DNA from: Octopus vulgaris
Taxonomy: Eukaryota
Direction: 5' to 3'
Assembly (NCBI GenBank): GCA_951406725.2
Contig: OX597816.1
Span: forward strand, 50,282,001 to 50,346,000
Length of the DNA: 64,000 nt
The notes under the pieces are model-generated. The model worked only from the letters and a program-made list of their open reading frames with translations, made no database searches and had not been told where the DNA came from. How positions within the stretch are numbered: the first letter of the stretch is position 1; the number at the start of each line of letters is the position of its first letter. Both the position numbers and the translations under genes were made by a program. Shown here one piece after another: positions 45,001 to 59,256 of this stretch.

Positions 45001-46131
45001 ATTGGAATGCATAACTATAAAATTCTTTTCATAGTTATCCTTGACAGCCACGTCTCCGCTCAGTCCTTTGGATATACTTCTGAGTGTAAATTATGTTTCA
45101 TCTGATGATTATGGGGCTTTTTTTGTAAGGAAATAATTTTCTAATTCTTCTATTAATAATGTGTAAGAAAGAGTTTTAATGATGTAACATTTATGATGTA
45201 AAATGTCTCTAATGTATCCATAGGCAGAAGCATATTTAAGAAGAAAGCCCACTTCTATAATATAGTAATTGCTGGCAGATTTTTCAAGATACTAGTGTAC
45301 AAGAAGCATCCTACATACACTCATACTTCATAAAACCACAAGGCCATCTACACACAATATGTAACAAAATATACACCACGAATGTATTTAAGGACCGCTA
45401 TATCTATACACCCACACACACATATATGTAGGTGAGTTATAGCTTCACTCTCATCGCTCAATAATTGAAACCATATCAAATGAACCCATGAATAGATAGC
45501 TTGTCTCTTTGAACGGAATATAATTATGCTTCTTATGAAGCTTCTTATGTGCAGTGCAGTTTTAGATGCTATTCAAAGAAATTATACAACACCTCCGCGA
45601 ACAGTTAAGATGTGACTTCATGAATCTTCCATCCTGAGTAGCGAAAATTATCCCTTCAAAATCGATGATATTCTAGCACATTGTTGAAAAGGAATTAAAT
45701 GACTCATCTCATTAAATTATCATGTACTCTAAGAACCTAGAGCTGTTATGGTGCAAGGCACCAAAATAATGCTGAGATAATCATTAGGCATCATTGTTGA
45801 AATTTAGACTCCCACTCACTTTCTCTTGCAACAGATACACATCTCGCATTGACACACATACACAGACACACACTTGTCTCTATATAGTAATGTCATTTCT
45901 TGGTCCGGATCATACAAAATAATGTGTTCGTTATTTACTTTGGATTCGTTTGCCAATTCATTCGCTTTCCCTCTTCAATTCATAACTTTTTTTAGAATTT
46001 CACCACAATTTAAAATATACAGCTTCTGTTACTTAAGACATCATGCGTTAAAGTTAAATCACTCATTGAGTAATACTTGAGTGATTATTACGCTGTAGCT
46101 ATGTGTGTGGGTACGTGCGCGCGTGCAGGAT

Positions 46132-46187
<56 letters not shown>

Positions 46188-46259
46188 CCATATATATACA
46201 TATGCATTTAAATATACTCACATATATATATATATATACATATATACATATGCATTTAA

Positions 46260-46293
<34 letters not shown>

Positions 46294-48289
46294 TTCTATG
46301 TATGATATGCTTATATATGTATGTAATGATGGATAGATGGATGGATAGGTCGATGAATGGAACGATGTCTTGGTCGATGGATCGATGGATAGAAATGTCA
46401 CCTAAATAATCTTTCATTTCATTTTTCTGCAATCTATAATGGGATCGTGAATTTTGAAATATGAATCTTAATCTGTAAATGGCAAAGCATACAACCCAGT
46501 ATTAATTGTTACCGAAAAAAATCCAATGCTTTATGCAATTCTCATCTCTGTAGAGGTATGAGAACACACAGTTATTTGTTAAAAAAAATAAGTAGCTTTA
46601 AATTTGACCGTTTGTATGTTTAACCACATACATCATTAAGAACTTCTTTACTAAACATATGGCGAGAGATTGACTGGTATAACCCGAAACAGAGAGCGAT
46701 TGTTCGTAAGAGATGCAATTACATTATAACATTCCGTTCGGTGTTTAGAAATGACATCCTGTCCAATATATTGCATCAAATGTATAAGCTTCAAAAATTT
46801 GAATCAGCATTTTAAAATTCTGATGCTTCGAGCTCCGAATCATCTGGATCATATATATCATAAAAGGAAATACATTAAGCCATTAGGATTCATATAATTT
46901 CCTTGTAATTGTCTTTCATGTAAATGCAATGTGTAGCCTAAGGAGATAAGATATGAAAATACAGATTTTACGTGTAATGCCTTACTGAAAATATCATAAA
47001 TAATAGGAATTGAAGAATAAGAATTTATATACGATCGCAAAACGGCTGCATGAAGAAACAGCCTCTATTCCGGCCAAGATCATGCTGATATTTAATGATC
47101 AAGAATTTGCAAAAGTAGCCAGTTACGAATTACTGTAATATACATATTTCTGCTTCCTTGTACAGAAAAAATGATAATAAAGTGAAGCAAGTGCAATAAC
47201 TTTAGAAATGAACATTAGATATGCCATAGATTACCTGAAGGATATTGTTGAATCATGAGGGTTATAGGCAACGAAAGAGAGTGGATCTGAATGAAACCAT
47301 ATATCAACATTTTGAATTTGTTTGAGGATATGGAGTTCTCTGTGAGGTTGTGGATAAAGATAGCTAAAGAGGAAATAATTTTGAAGATGACAGAACTAAA
47401 TTTGATGTTCAGATTTGAGGAAAATAAAACTAGCCTGGAAAGATACGAACATAAGCAAATAGCTTACAAATAACAATATGCAAGAAAAAACAGATAGGAA
47501 TGATGATATATTGATCGGGAAGTGCTCGACAACCAGCTTAATAAGGCCTAGTAGAACGCATGAAAGGAAATATTCATTCAATTTGTACTCAAACTTCTAA
47601 TTATTTCAACGAACAAAGACAAAAATGTTGAACTGAAGATACCTTTCAAACAAAATGTAAACTTAAATTCCAAAGAAATGAGATAGAAGCGAGTGAAATT
47701 AAACCTTTGGAAGTAGTTGGAAACAAAGGATGCAAATAATAGGAAACGATATGGGGAACAAGTGAAGATAAGCCGAAAATCTTGCTTAAAGTGTTTAGAA
47801 TCAAGAACCAAATTTCCTGTAATGTTATCATGTATCATACAGAGACACATGTATGTGTTTCTATCTATCTGTCTGTCTATCTAACTATTATTTATCTATT
47901 TAATCTATCAACAATATATCGATCTTCCACACACATATACTCACATACATACATATATATGTGGGGGGGGGCGGTGTTTATAAATAAATACAGATATGAA
48001 TACAAGCATGCATACAATTATTCTTACGTGCATATTGATTAAAATTTATTACGTCTGTCTGAAGTTTCTATTTTTAGGATAGTATGAAATTCAGGTTAAT
48101 TCAGAAACACGAACCATGTTGATATATTATTTGGAATCGTAAGCAAAATTTTTTCCACACTACACCATACAACATTACACATCATATCACAACACACCAC
48201 CCACACACCCATCCCCACATCTTCACTCCTACACATATATACACGCACACGTCCAGACTACTAGCCCTCTTTCACACGCACATAATACT

Positions 48290-48598
48290 CTCTTATACAC
48301 ACACGCACCTTTGTGTTGGGGGCACCGTTGTGTTGGGGGTCATCTTTACATTGTTATCTCCCCTACTTTCTTCCTCATGTTTGACCCTTCTGTCTGGCAC
48401 TAGTCGCCATGATAGATCTTTAGCCACTACACACATTTTTTCTCTCCTTGTTTCTCTCCTTGTTTTTTCTTTGTCCCTTTCTGTAGAAGAGCGTAGGCTC
48501 GAAACGTAATAGACTTTTCTATTCCCGAGCGTTATACTAATACATCTGTTTGTTTTGTACACCACCTGTCTTCGTCTTTTGTTTTTTTCGTAAACTCT

Positions 48599-48602
<4 letters not shown>
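48290..48602 (+). mobile_element. PLE-terminal-repeat-like fragment with a CUGUNGA hammerhead variant
   Basis: CTTT-CTGTAGA-A-GAGC gtag GCTC-GAAA-C-GTA-ATAG at 48477-48512; homologous to 56126-56426; ends at (TA)n. Confidence 0.7.
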
Positions 48603-48636
<34 letters not shown>

Positions 48637-48650
48637 GTTTATATGCATAT

Positions 48651-49200
<550 letters not shown>

Positions 49201-49261
49201 ATTTGTTTCCCCTGGTCAAACTGTTTAACTCAAACTTTAAGCAAACCAAAAATATTTAAAT

Positions 49262-49665
49262 ACTCTTTTACTCTTTTACTCTTTTACTTTTTCAGTCATT
49301 TGACTGCGGTCATGCTGGAGCACCGCCTTTAGTCGAGCAAATCGACCCCGGGACTTATTCTTTGTAAGCCCAGTACTTATTCTATCGGTCTCTTTTGCAG
49401 AACCGCTAAGTTACGGGGACGTAAACACACCAGCATCGGTTGTCAAGCAATGCTAGGGGGACAAACACACACACATACACATATATACATATACATATAT
49501 ACGACAGGCTTCTTTCAGTTTCCGTCTACCAAATCCACTCACAAGGCATTGGTCGGCCCGGGGCTATAGCAGAAGACACTTGCCCAAGGTGCCACGCAGT
49601 GGGACTGAACCCGGAACCATGTGGTTGGTTAGCAAGCTACTTACCACACAGCCACTCCTGCGCCT
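49262..49665 (-). mobile_element. Family A SINE, full-length and young
   Basis: Near-identical reverse complement of the 9637 copy. Confidence 0.95.
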
Positions 49666-51120
49666 ATGTTATACTCAAAATGTTGTATTATTAGATTTCA
49701 TTTCAAATTTCAAGTTTTGAGTTCATAATCTGTTAAATTTGCACTTAGGTAAATTTCCCTTAGCAAAATAGGTTGATATACATAATACTGTGTTATAATG
49801 GAAAAGTATTGATGTATCGCAACGAGATACCGTAATTACCTCTAAATACGAGGGTTTAAAAAGACCTAGTAATTGACAATCTGCATTCTTTTGGCACATT
49901 CTTTAGGCCCTAATTAACAAATCTCCTCGTTTAGAGTAGTTCATCTGGAACATTCAAATTACTTACGGTGAAATATCAACCATGCCTTTCATGAAACACG
50001 CCATCATATAGTATCACACGATAACATAATATATTTGCCAAGATATATGAATATACTTATCAGCAGTACTAATACCTCATGATTTGGATCATTTGTTGTG
50101 CTTGGTGAATCATTTACTTTCCGTAGAAAAAATCCGTCTTGAAATTTATACTCACCTGAAATGAGAAAAAAAAAACAACAACTTTAAACTTTAAGTCCGC
50201 ATAGAGATCATTTACAGAATACATAGCAATTCAATAGACAATATATAAAGCGTATACATATACACGGATATACCTACGTTTGGATGTATATATGTTTTAT
50301 GTAGTTTCTATTGGGTTACATTCTTGGTCCTGCGCGTTTGTGGGGGTGAGGTGGGAGGGGAGGTAATTGGGCTATGGAGGTACATGATGTATTATTATTA
50401 TTATTATCATTATTATTAGATTCTTTTTGATTTAATAATTTCCTTTGACAGGTACAAATGTACAAAGTCCAGTAATCAGAGCCTTCATAACTGGGTACAT
50501 CAACCTTTATGTAACGAACTTTTTAAGGGTTCACGAAGGATTATAAGTAGATGGTATGTTTTATCGTTTCAGTTTCTATACCTGTTGTTATTCTTTAAGG
50601 CATTTCTTTTTTTTAATTTCGAAGGTATTGTTTATTTTGCTTACCGAAAAGAAGAACACACATAAACTTAAGCACCTACTTTAGAAAACTCTACACTAAA
50701 TAAATAAATTCTAAATAATAACATAATCCCAAATTTCAAAAGAAAACAACCCGCCAAAATACTGAAAAGCAGGACTCCATAACAACCCAAACTAAAACCT
50801 AACGCCCCCCCCCCTTTCAAAATCATAAAACCGAGGAAGGTTTTAACACAACAAAGCTTATATAATGCTAAGATTAATTCTACTGGATCACAATCTCACG
50901 CTGGGTTACGTTCGGAGAACTGTAAAGTCACTTACTTTGAATGACCTTCTTGCTGAAGATTAATATAAACACATACATATGTATGTATAAATTTATTATT
51001 TACTATTGTTGCTACTCTGGCCTCTTCTTAAGATTTTACAACTAACCTTTTGGCTTACACACACACACACACACACACAAACCCGTACACACATATGCAT
51101 GTATGAATATATATATATAA

Positions 51121-51463
<343 letters not shown>

Positions 51464-51479
51464 TATGTATGTATGTATG

Positions 51480-51744
51480 AACCTGGCCACTGGTGGTGGT
51501 GTAACACAACATACTAATCATATCTGTCGGGCATGTGGAAGAGAGTGTAATTCGGCAGGAGGACTTAAACGACACATAAATCCCAGTAACAACTACAGCC
51601 GGCTATTACCAGTAAAGGTTTTAGTTGCCAATTTTGTACAAGACATCGTAGATCTTTAGCTGGGCTAAAATGTCACATTCGATCACAGCACCAGTAACAG
51701 TTAGGCTTCGTGCAATGGCGATACTCGATAACGAGGTGGCAGCC

Positions 51745-51750
<6 letters not shown>
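51480..51750 (+). mobile_element. RTE-type LINE 3' end with C2H2-like fingers
   Basis: [19 protein letters not shown], then [24 protein letters not shown] in another frame, followed by a short UTR and TA tail. Confidence 0.65.
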
Positions 51751-51775
<25 letters not shown>

Positions 51776-51862
51776 TCTTTTATTATTTTATTTATTATTT
51801 TATTTCTTTCGGACATTTGACTGCACCCATGTTTGTGCAACACCTTAAAATCTTATGTTTTG

Positions 51863-52338
51863 CCTAGGATTAAACTAGTAGTAACATGCAACTGCCACTC
51901 TGATATGGCAATAAAATTCCCTTTTTAATATAGTTATAACAACGATCACTTCTTGAGATTTTACAACTAGCTATTTTGTCTTGATTGAATCAGTGATCGA
52001 TTGTGGCTTTTTTGCTTAGAGTATATTGTTAACTGGAGCGGACATTCGCTATCGCTCTGGGGATTAGTTACTCGCGACAGCAGAGGAGACACCTAGATCG
52101 AAACTGAGTCAGCATTGCGATCCTATCATCCTGCTAGAGGATGATAGGAACTCTTTCTCCCTGTTAGCGATATACATTGTATGGATAGGGTGCACCACCG
52201 TACTGAAAACCAACTGGCGGAAGATCTTCCTGGGATTAATCTAGTAGTAACATGGAACAACCACTTTGATTTTTGTTATTAACTTAATTAGTTAATATAG
52301 TTATTACTCTGATCTCTTCTTAAGATTTTACAACTGAC
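51863..52338 (+). mobile_element. Diverged 366-bp tandem unit with a degenerate HHR, related to the 13.7-kb family
   Basis: CTAGTAGTAACATG at 51875 and 52241; TTCTT(G/A)AGATTTTACAACT at 51951 and 52317; CAGAGGA-GA..TC-GAAA-CTGA-GTC at 52081-52110. Confidence 0.6.
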
Positions 52339-52363
52339 ACACACACACGCGCGCACACACACA

Positions 52364-52396
<33 letters not shown>

Positions 52397-52419
52397 CACA
52401 CACACACGTATATATATAT

Positions 52420-52722
52420 ACGACGGGCTTCATTCAGTTTCTGTCTATCAAATCCACTTCAAGATTTTGGTCGGCCAGAGGCTACAGTAGAAGACGCTTT
52501 CCTAAAGTGTCACGCAATGGGGCTGAACTCGGTACCATGTGGCTATGAAACAAGTTTCTTATTTCTTATTTCTTTATTGCCCACAAGGGGCTAAACATAG
52601 AAGGGACAAACAAGAATAGACAAAGGAATTAATTCGATTACCCCGAAAGGATGAAAGGCGAAGTCGACCTCAGTGGAAATTGAACTCAGGTGAAGTAAGT
52701 TTCTTACCACACAGCCACGCCT
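52420..52722 (-). mobile_element. Family A SINE 5' half with a nested Meta-SINE fragment
   Basis: Nested piece 52561-52696 is flanked by the direct repeat AAGTTTCTT. Confidence 0.8.
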
Positions 52723-52793
52723 TCCCCTACATATATTTCTCTTCAGTACATTCAATATGGTCAATATCGCTTAGAGATTTAACATTCGATATG

Positions 52794-52839
<46 letters not shown>

Positions 52840-53983
52840 ATACCTAAAATCTATTGCATAGAGAAATACACACAAATGCACACATACATGTATGCCTGCG
52901 CGCGTGAGCTCGTGTGTACGTATGTATAAATATGTGTATGCATTGAATTAAAACAGTTTTTCGAAAACCATATTCTCATGCTAATGTGAAAATTGCTAAA
53001 GCACAAATAGAAATATATTTTGCAATGTTTATCTTCATTATTTGTTATTAATATTTCGTATTTCCATATATCTGGCCGTTCATTGTACTAGTTTTAGATA
53101 ACTTAATATATTATATTATTAGATTCTGCGTCGCATTTCTATGATTGCAATATTACAAGTAGATGTTGCCTGATTTAAATTTTCAAAAATAGTTTTCATA
53201 CAGTGATTATTTTTTGCGTAATACTACGATCACTACATCTACGAAAATGCGTATCGATATCAGAATTAACACTGCCGGTTGTTTTGGCCACACTAAAAAT
53301 ATGAAATATTTCATTTAGATATCCCGCTTCGTCAATCAGTTTCATTGCGCCCAAAGTTTTGAATCTCTGTAATTCGATAGATGGCGCCTGCAGAAAATAT
53401 GTGAAATAATACCATTCTTTGATTAATGTCTTTTGCTTATCTGATATCCAAATAAGTTACAGCATACATTAAGATTGGAGTGACAGATACATAGCCTTTG
53501 TATTCAATTCCATTACCCATATAAAAGTTTTTACAAAATTTTAAAAACGAGCCTCAAAATATTTTTGTATGCAAAACTATAATGAAATACTATGATTAAA
53601 TTCATACATCATACATGTCCATATTAAATTTGTATTAAATTTCAGCTTCAGAAATCAATAGCATATAATAAGAAATATTCAGATAACGATTATTGTCACA
53701 GGAATAAATATGTTTTTGTAATATAGAGTGTGTGTACAAAATTGCACGCGTAATCATTTTTAATAACTAATGCTTAAATTTTATGGAAATATGTAAAGCT
53801 ACAAAAGAAACGTGAAAATGTCTCTAAAACATTGGAAACTAGTCTCAGGAAATTAAGAATTAATTATCCAATACACACACACGTACATACATACATGCAT
53901 AAATACATGCATATATACATAAATACATACGTACATATATACATACACGGATAACGCATGCATACATATTTACATTCATCCAC

Positions 53984-54842
53984 ATGTAGTTTGATCGATA
54001 AGTATCAGAACTGCAGTGAGAGCAACGAAGGTAAAGCATGCCGAGTAAAGCCGCTTGGCACAGATTGACCACACACGCTGCTCCGCATGTACACTTAATT
54101 TTAACGTTTTAGCTCACTTCCGCTGTTTACAGCAGTGCTTAGAAAGATGTAGCACATGATGGTGGCATTGAATGTAACAGAGAAATTGATTAAGGAATCT
54201 GCATCAAATATTGCCGAATGCTTGGCGATACATGCTCAGAGGCCTACGCAAGTTTTCAAATAGTTTTCATCGTCCTTCACACAATGAAGGAGATCTTGTG
54301 CAACCGAGTGTCCTATTGGTCAGCAGGAGGCACTCTTGGCACCAACTTGGCAGACACGCGTATCATACCAACATCTTCAGTGACGTTGGACTGAACTGAA
54401 CCGTAACTAATCTGCACATCCACTGATAAACTACGGATGGTGATTCGACGATTTTTCTTCACAGCTGCACAGTCATGTGCAATGTTTTTACTCAGTTCCC
54501 CTAGTTGTGGGTCTTCCAGAACGTTCGTCAATATCGACACTTTTTCGGCCATCTTGGAAAAGTCTGAACCACTTATATACTCATGTGTAGCACACCTCCT
54601 CCTCTCTATACACTTTCGGTAATTTTGCGTAGGCGTTTGATTAGATATCGCCATGACAACTTTCTCTGTCATGATCAATTCCATGAACACGCTCTACACA
54701 CGTTTCTTCCAAGCACTGCCGTAAACAGTGGAAGCTAGAATGTTAAAACTTAGTACGGTCAATGTTTGCCCATCAGCTCTACTCTGCATACCTCGGCTTC
54801 GTTACTGTGGAAACAGTCCTAATACTTATTGATCAATACATA
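53984..54842 (-). mobile_element. Internally deleted mariner element with both TIRs
   Basis: TIRs TGATCGATAAGTATCAGAACTG / CAGTCCTAATACTTATTGATCA; ORF 54313-54690 contains RRITIRSL..ISYGSVQS..EDVGMIRVSAKLVPR (WVPHEL region). Confidence 0.85.
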
Positions 54843-55069
54843 TAAAAACTAGAGTTTTACGAAACAGGACTTAACCAACTAACACATTACAAATACAGTT
54901 TGTGAGTGGAATTCTAAGAAAATGCAAGATATTTCCCAAATTTAAGACGTGGAATATATTTTGGTATCTTCACTCCGAAACTTGAGCATTGTATCTTTGT
55001 ATATTTGTCAGTAACGAGATCCTTCTCGAGACGAGGAATGTAAATAAACACACGACAATATATATATCG

Positions 55070-55213
55070 TCATCATTGTTCGACCGTGGTCGAGACAATG
55101 GAATTTACCATGCTACGCCAGACTTCACGGTCCAACATGACATAACGGAGGTCCTGTTGCTGGATGCCTGTATCCCTGGAGATTACATCAGTGTAAGAGA
55201 GTGTGCGCCCTCT

Positions 55214-55218
<5 letters not shown>
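55070..55218 (-). mobile_element. RTE-type LINE extreme 3' end
   Basis: [29 protein letters not shown], then a stop and a TGA-repeat tail. Confidence 0.75.
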
Positions 55219-55273
<55 letters not shown>

Positions 55274-55734
55274 TGTATGTATGCATGTATGTATATATAT
55301 ACAGATAGATACATATATAAACATATACGTGCATATTATATACTATATGTACATATATATATATATGTATACATATGTAAATACATACGTACATAGATGC
55401 ATACACACACACACGCACACGCACACACACACACACACACATATATAAATATATATTTATGTGCATATAAGCTTTATTCTAATTCACCCATCGCTCTATA
55501 TTTCTCCAGTATTATTTTATTAATTTTCTGCCAATTTCTGCCCTTTTTCTTCTCTTTCTATAAGCTACCTCTGACGTTATACCAACGGTTTATTTTTTCT
55601 TTAGAAAAAAACCCAACTTAATAGCGTTCCCTCCATCATTACAGGCACTCATCACATTCACTTAAAGTGTCGTATTCATGTCTTTGGTTTCATTCTTTCC
55701 TTCTGGAATAATACAGGCACTTTGAAATACAGGT

Positions 55735-55934
55735 ACAACAGAAACGGGAAGAAAGAGTGAGAGAAAGTTGTGGTGAAAGAGTACAGCAGGGATCACCACC
55801 ATCCCCTGCCAGAGCCTCGTGGAGCTTTAGGTGTTTTCGTTCAATAAACACTCACAACGCCCGGTCTGGGAATCGAAACCGCGATCCTATGACCGCGAGT
55901 CCGCTGCCCTAACCACTGGGCATTTGCGCCTCCA
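55735..55934 (-). mobile_element. Family C SINE
   Basis: Reverse complement of the 12482 family. Confidence 0.9.
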
Positions 55935-56125
55935 CAATATGCATTAACGCACGCAACACCCATAGACTAAGATAACTTTCGTCCACATATATACTATATA
56001 CATGCAGAGTATTTGGTTACAGTGACACACAGACACATATACGTAGACACACGTTAAAATCCCTTCTCGCCTTAACTCATACACACACACACTAACATGG
56101 AACATTCTCACTTATTCACAGATGC

Positions 56126-56426
56126 TTGCGCACCTCCGCTCGTTGGGATCACCATGAATTATATCCTCTACATTTAACCACTCTTTTTATTATCTCCCGT
56201 TCATTCAACCTTTTTTTCCCAATCAGTCGCCACGTTAACATATCTTTTTTATGTCAACATATTTTTAAAACTTTAAATTCTTTTTCTATTTCCTCTTATA
56301 ACTTTCTGTCGAAGAACCTAGGCTCGATACGTAAAGGGCATTTCCATTTTTCCCGAGCGTGAAACTAATAAACTTGCATGTTATTCATACACCTGTCTGT
56401 CTTTTGTTTTTCTATAAATTTGAACT
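56126..56426 (+). mobile_element. Second copy of the CUGUNGA-HHR repeat
   Basis: CTTT-CTGTCGA-A-GAAC ctag GCTC-GATA-C-GTA-AAGG at 56302-56337; shares downstream TTCCCGAGCGT..ACTAATA..CACCTGTCT with the 48290 copy; ends at (TA)n. Confidence 0.7.
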
Positions 56427-56442
56427 ATATATGTATATAAAT

Positions 56443-56538
<96 letters not shown>

Positions 56539-56640
56539 GCACACGCACACGCACACACACACATACGCACATATACATATATATATATTATTTTATTTGT
56601 TTCACTCATTTGACTGTGGCCATGCTCGAGCACCACCTTA

Positions 56641-56676
<36 letters not shown>

Positions 56677-57548
56677 GATATATATATAAAAAATATATAT
56701 ATACCAAGATTCATGTATACGTTCATAGATTCATATGTATATAGACACATACACAAGCATGCGCACACACACAAACACAACACACAAACAGACACACACA
56801 CACACGCATGCGCTTAGGGGAAACTTTCAATGATTTGTCGAAGAGAAAGTCTAAATTTCATCAATATTTCATCACCAAGATATAATTATCTCGAACACGC
56901 GAAAGCGGTTCAGAAAATTTTTAATTTTAACAAAAACGTAGGTATTTAATGTAAAAAAATACAGTCATAATAATGTGAACGACATTCTAGTGGATTTGCA
57001 GTAGATGCTCAAGTATGTAGGGAATATGAGAAGCCATATCTGATGCTTCTTCGACAAAATAAAATTCCTGTGTTTCAACTGAAATCTCCTGCTGTGTCAG
57101 CACACCAGTGGGTCTATCTTATACATAAGTCAGAAAAAGTGCACGCTCACATTCGCATACGCATATGATTACAGGAAATACACAGGCAACCCGACGTGTA
57201 ATACTGTGAAAATATACTAACACTGCATTGTGTAGAGTATAGCAATGAATGAAAATCTTATGATCTTAATCGATTTTACTAGCTCCATCGTATTAGTACA
57301 CTGCCGTACAGACCACTAAAAGGCCTTGAGAAATTTCATCAGTTAACAATAAACATAATCAAAAATAGCCGCGAGTGTGAAAATCCTTAGGATATCACAA
57401 ACTTAAAATACATTCCAGGACATATTGTTTTAAAAGGTTAAAATATATATATTTGAGTCAATATGTCTGAAGAATATTACAAATTTTTTTCTTAAATTGA
57501 CATAATTTAGAAGAAAGACCGGTTTCGCGTTTAGCTTTTCAAATTTCT

Positions 57549-57752
57549 GTATTTGTGAAGGGATGATAGGTCAATACCTTAAAACTCGAGTCCGTGTGTA
57601 TCATAAGTTGAAGACGGGGAGGATGACTTCCCTTCACAAATACTGATAGGGCTCAGAAAGTGTGTCTATAGCCAGCTGGAGGAGGTGTCTTCCTGGGGCT
57701 ACAAACTACAGTAGCATCCACCCTTAGGGGTTAGCCATATTCAAATGGCAAA
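57549..57752 (+). mobile_element. Truncated member of the ~360-nt HHR family with a fold-back head
   Basis: AGGTCAATACCTT-AAAA-CTCGA-GTC-CGTGTGTA..GAGGATGACTTCCCTT..CCTGGGGCTA..TAGCCATATTCAAATGGC aligns to 14034-14220; 15-bp inverted repeat at 57549-57563 and 57629-57643. Confidence 0.75.
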
Positions 57753-57763
57753 TATACGTCACT

Positions 57764-57820
<57 letters not shown>

Positions 57821-57966
57821 CCATAACATAACGCGTATATATGTATGAATGTAGGCATATGTGTGTATGTACGTATATAATGATGTATGTATAGATGCAT
57901 GTATTTCTGTGTGCTTTCGAGACGTGTGTGTATTCATATATATACATATATAGACACATACATATT

Positions 57967-58012
<46 letters not shown>

Positions 58013-58144
58013 AATATATACATACATATATCTATGTTTATACGTATATATATATTATGTATATATATATATGTGTGTGTGTATATATATACATACATAT
58101 GTGTGTATGTATATATATACACATATATAGATACATACATACAA

Positions 58145-58184
<40 letters not shown>

Positions 58185-58773
58185 GTGAGTGTTTGTTTGT
58201 ATGTATGTATCTATATATGTGTATATATATACATACACACATATTTATGTATATATATATACACATATATATATATATATATATATAATATATATATATA
58301 TATATTATATATATATATATAAATATATATATAAATTAGCTGGGAAAAAGAATTTTCAAATCAATCAGTTACAACCCTTCAGCATTACATTCATCTTCAT
58401 ATCGTACGTTGGAGCCTTCTTTATCATATAATCATATATTTATCTAGAAATGTACAAATTATCTAAAGTCAATAATAATTCAGTTTTTTGGGGATTAATA
58501 GATATGCGGGTATTCTATTTCAGATAATACAAAACAAAAAACAACCTAATGAGTATATCTGAAAGTAAACTCATAATATCCATTTGTACATCACGAAATA
58601 ATTCTTAATAGGATATATCCAGTATATGAGCATAGTATATAGTTTACTCCCTTCATTATCTCATACTGAAGTTTACACTTCAATTTATTAATTTTGACGG
58701 AACTGCTCGTGTTTCAGTATTGGAAGATTACAATATATATACATACAGAGAAATGTAAACACACACACACACA

Positions 58774-58820
<47 letters not shown>

Positions 58821-58823
<3 letters not shown>

Positions 58824-58971
58824 ATCTTCAAATTTATAATTATTCCAACACATGTTCAGGTTCGTTTTGAAGGTATAGTAAATCTAAGTTTATATCCCTT
58901 TAAAATTAGAGTAACAATACTTTGAAAAGGACCTGAAGATATGTTGGAATAATTATACATTTGAAGATTGC
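58821..58971. repeat. Fold-back element (~55-bp imperfect inverted arms) inside (TA)n
   Basis: GCAATCTTCAAAT.TATAATTATTCCAACA.. mirrored by ..TGTTGGAATAATTATACATTTGAAGATTGC. Confidence 0.85.
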
Positions 58972-58992
58972 ATACATATATATATATATATA

Positions 58993-59053
<61 letters not shown>

Positions 59054-59089
59054 ATGTATGTATGTATTTATATATATATATATATAACA

Positions 59090-59256
59090 TGAAGAAACAC
59101 TGAGAGAAATTTGTTGTGAAAGACTACGGCAGAGTACGCCACCACCGGTGACTTGTGGATCTTCAGGTGTTTTCGCTCAATAAATACTCAGAACCCCCCG
59201 GTCTGGGAAGCGAAACTGCGAGTCCGCTGCCCAAAGCACTTGGCCATTGCGCCTCC
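59090..59256 (-). mobile_element. Family C SINE, degenerate
   Basis: GGTGTTTTCGCTCAATAAA..GAGTCCGCTGCCC..CCATTGCGCCTCC. Confidence 0.8.

Noticed and set aside
47040-47800. Purine-rich stretch suggestive of a decayed LINE
   Set aside because: No diagnostic motif could be recovered by eye.
51465-51720. Host C2H2 zinc-finger exon
   Set aside because: It lacks TGEKP linkers, is frameshifted, and is followed by a retroposon-like tail; it fits an RTE C-terminus.
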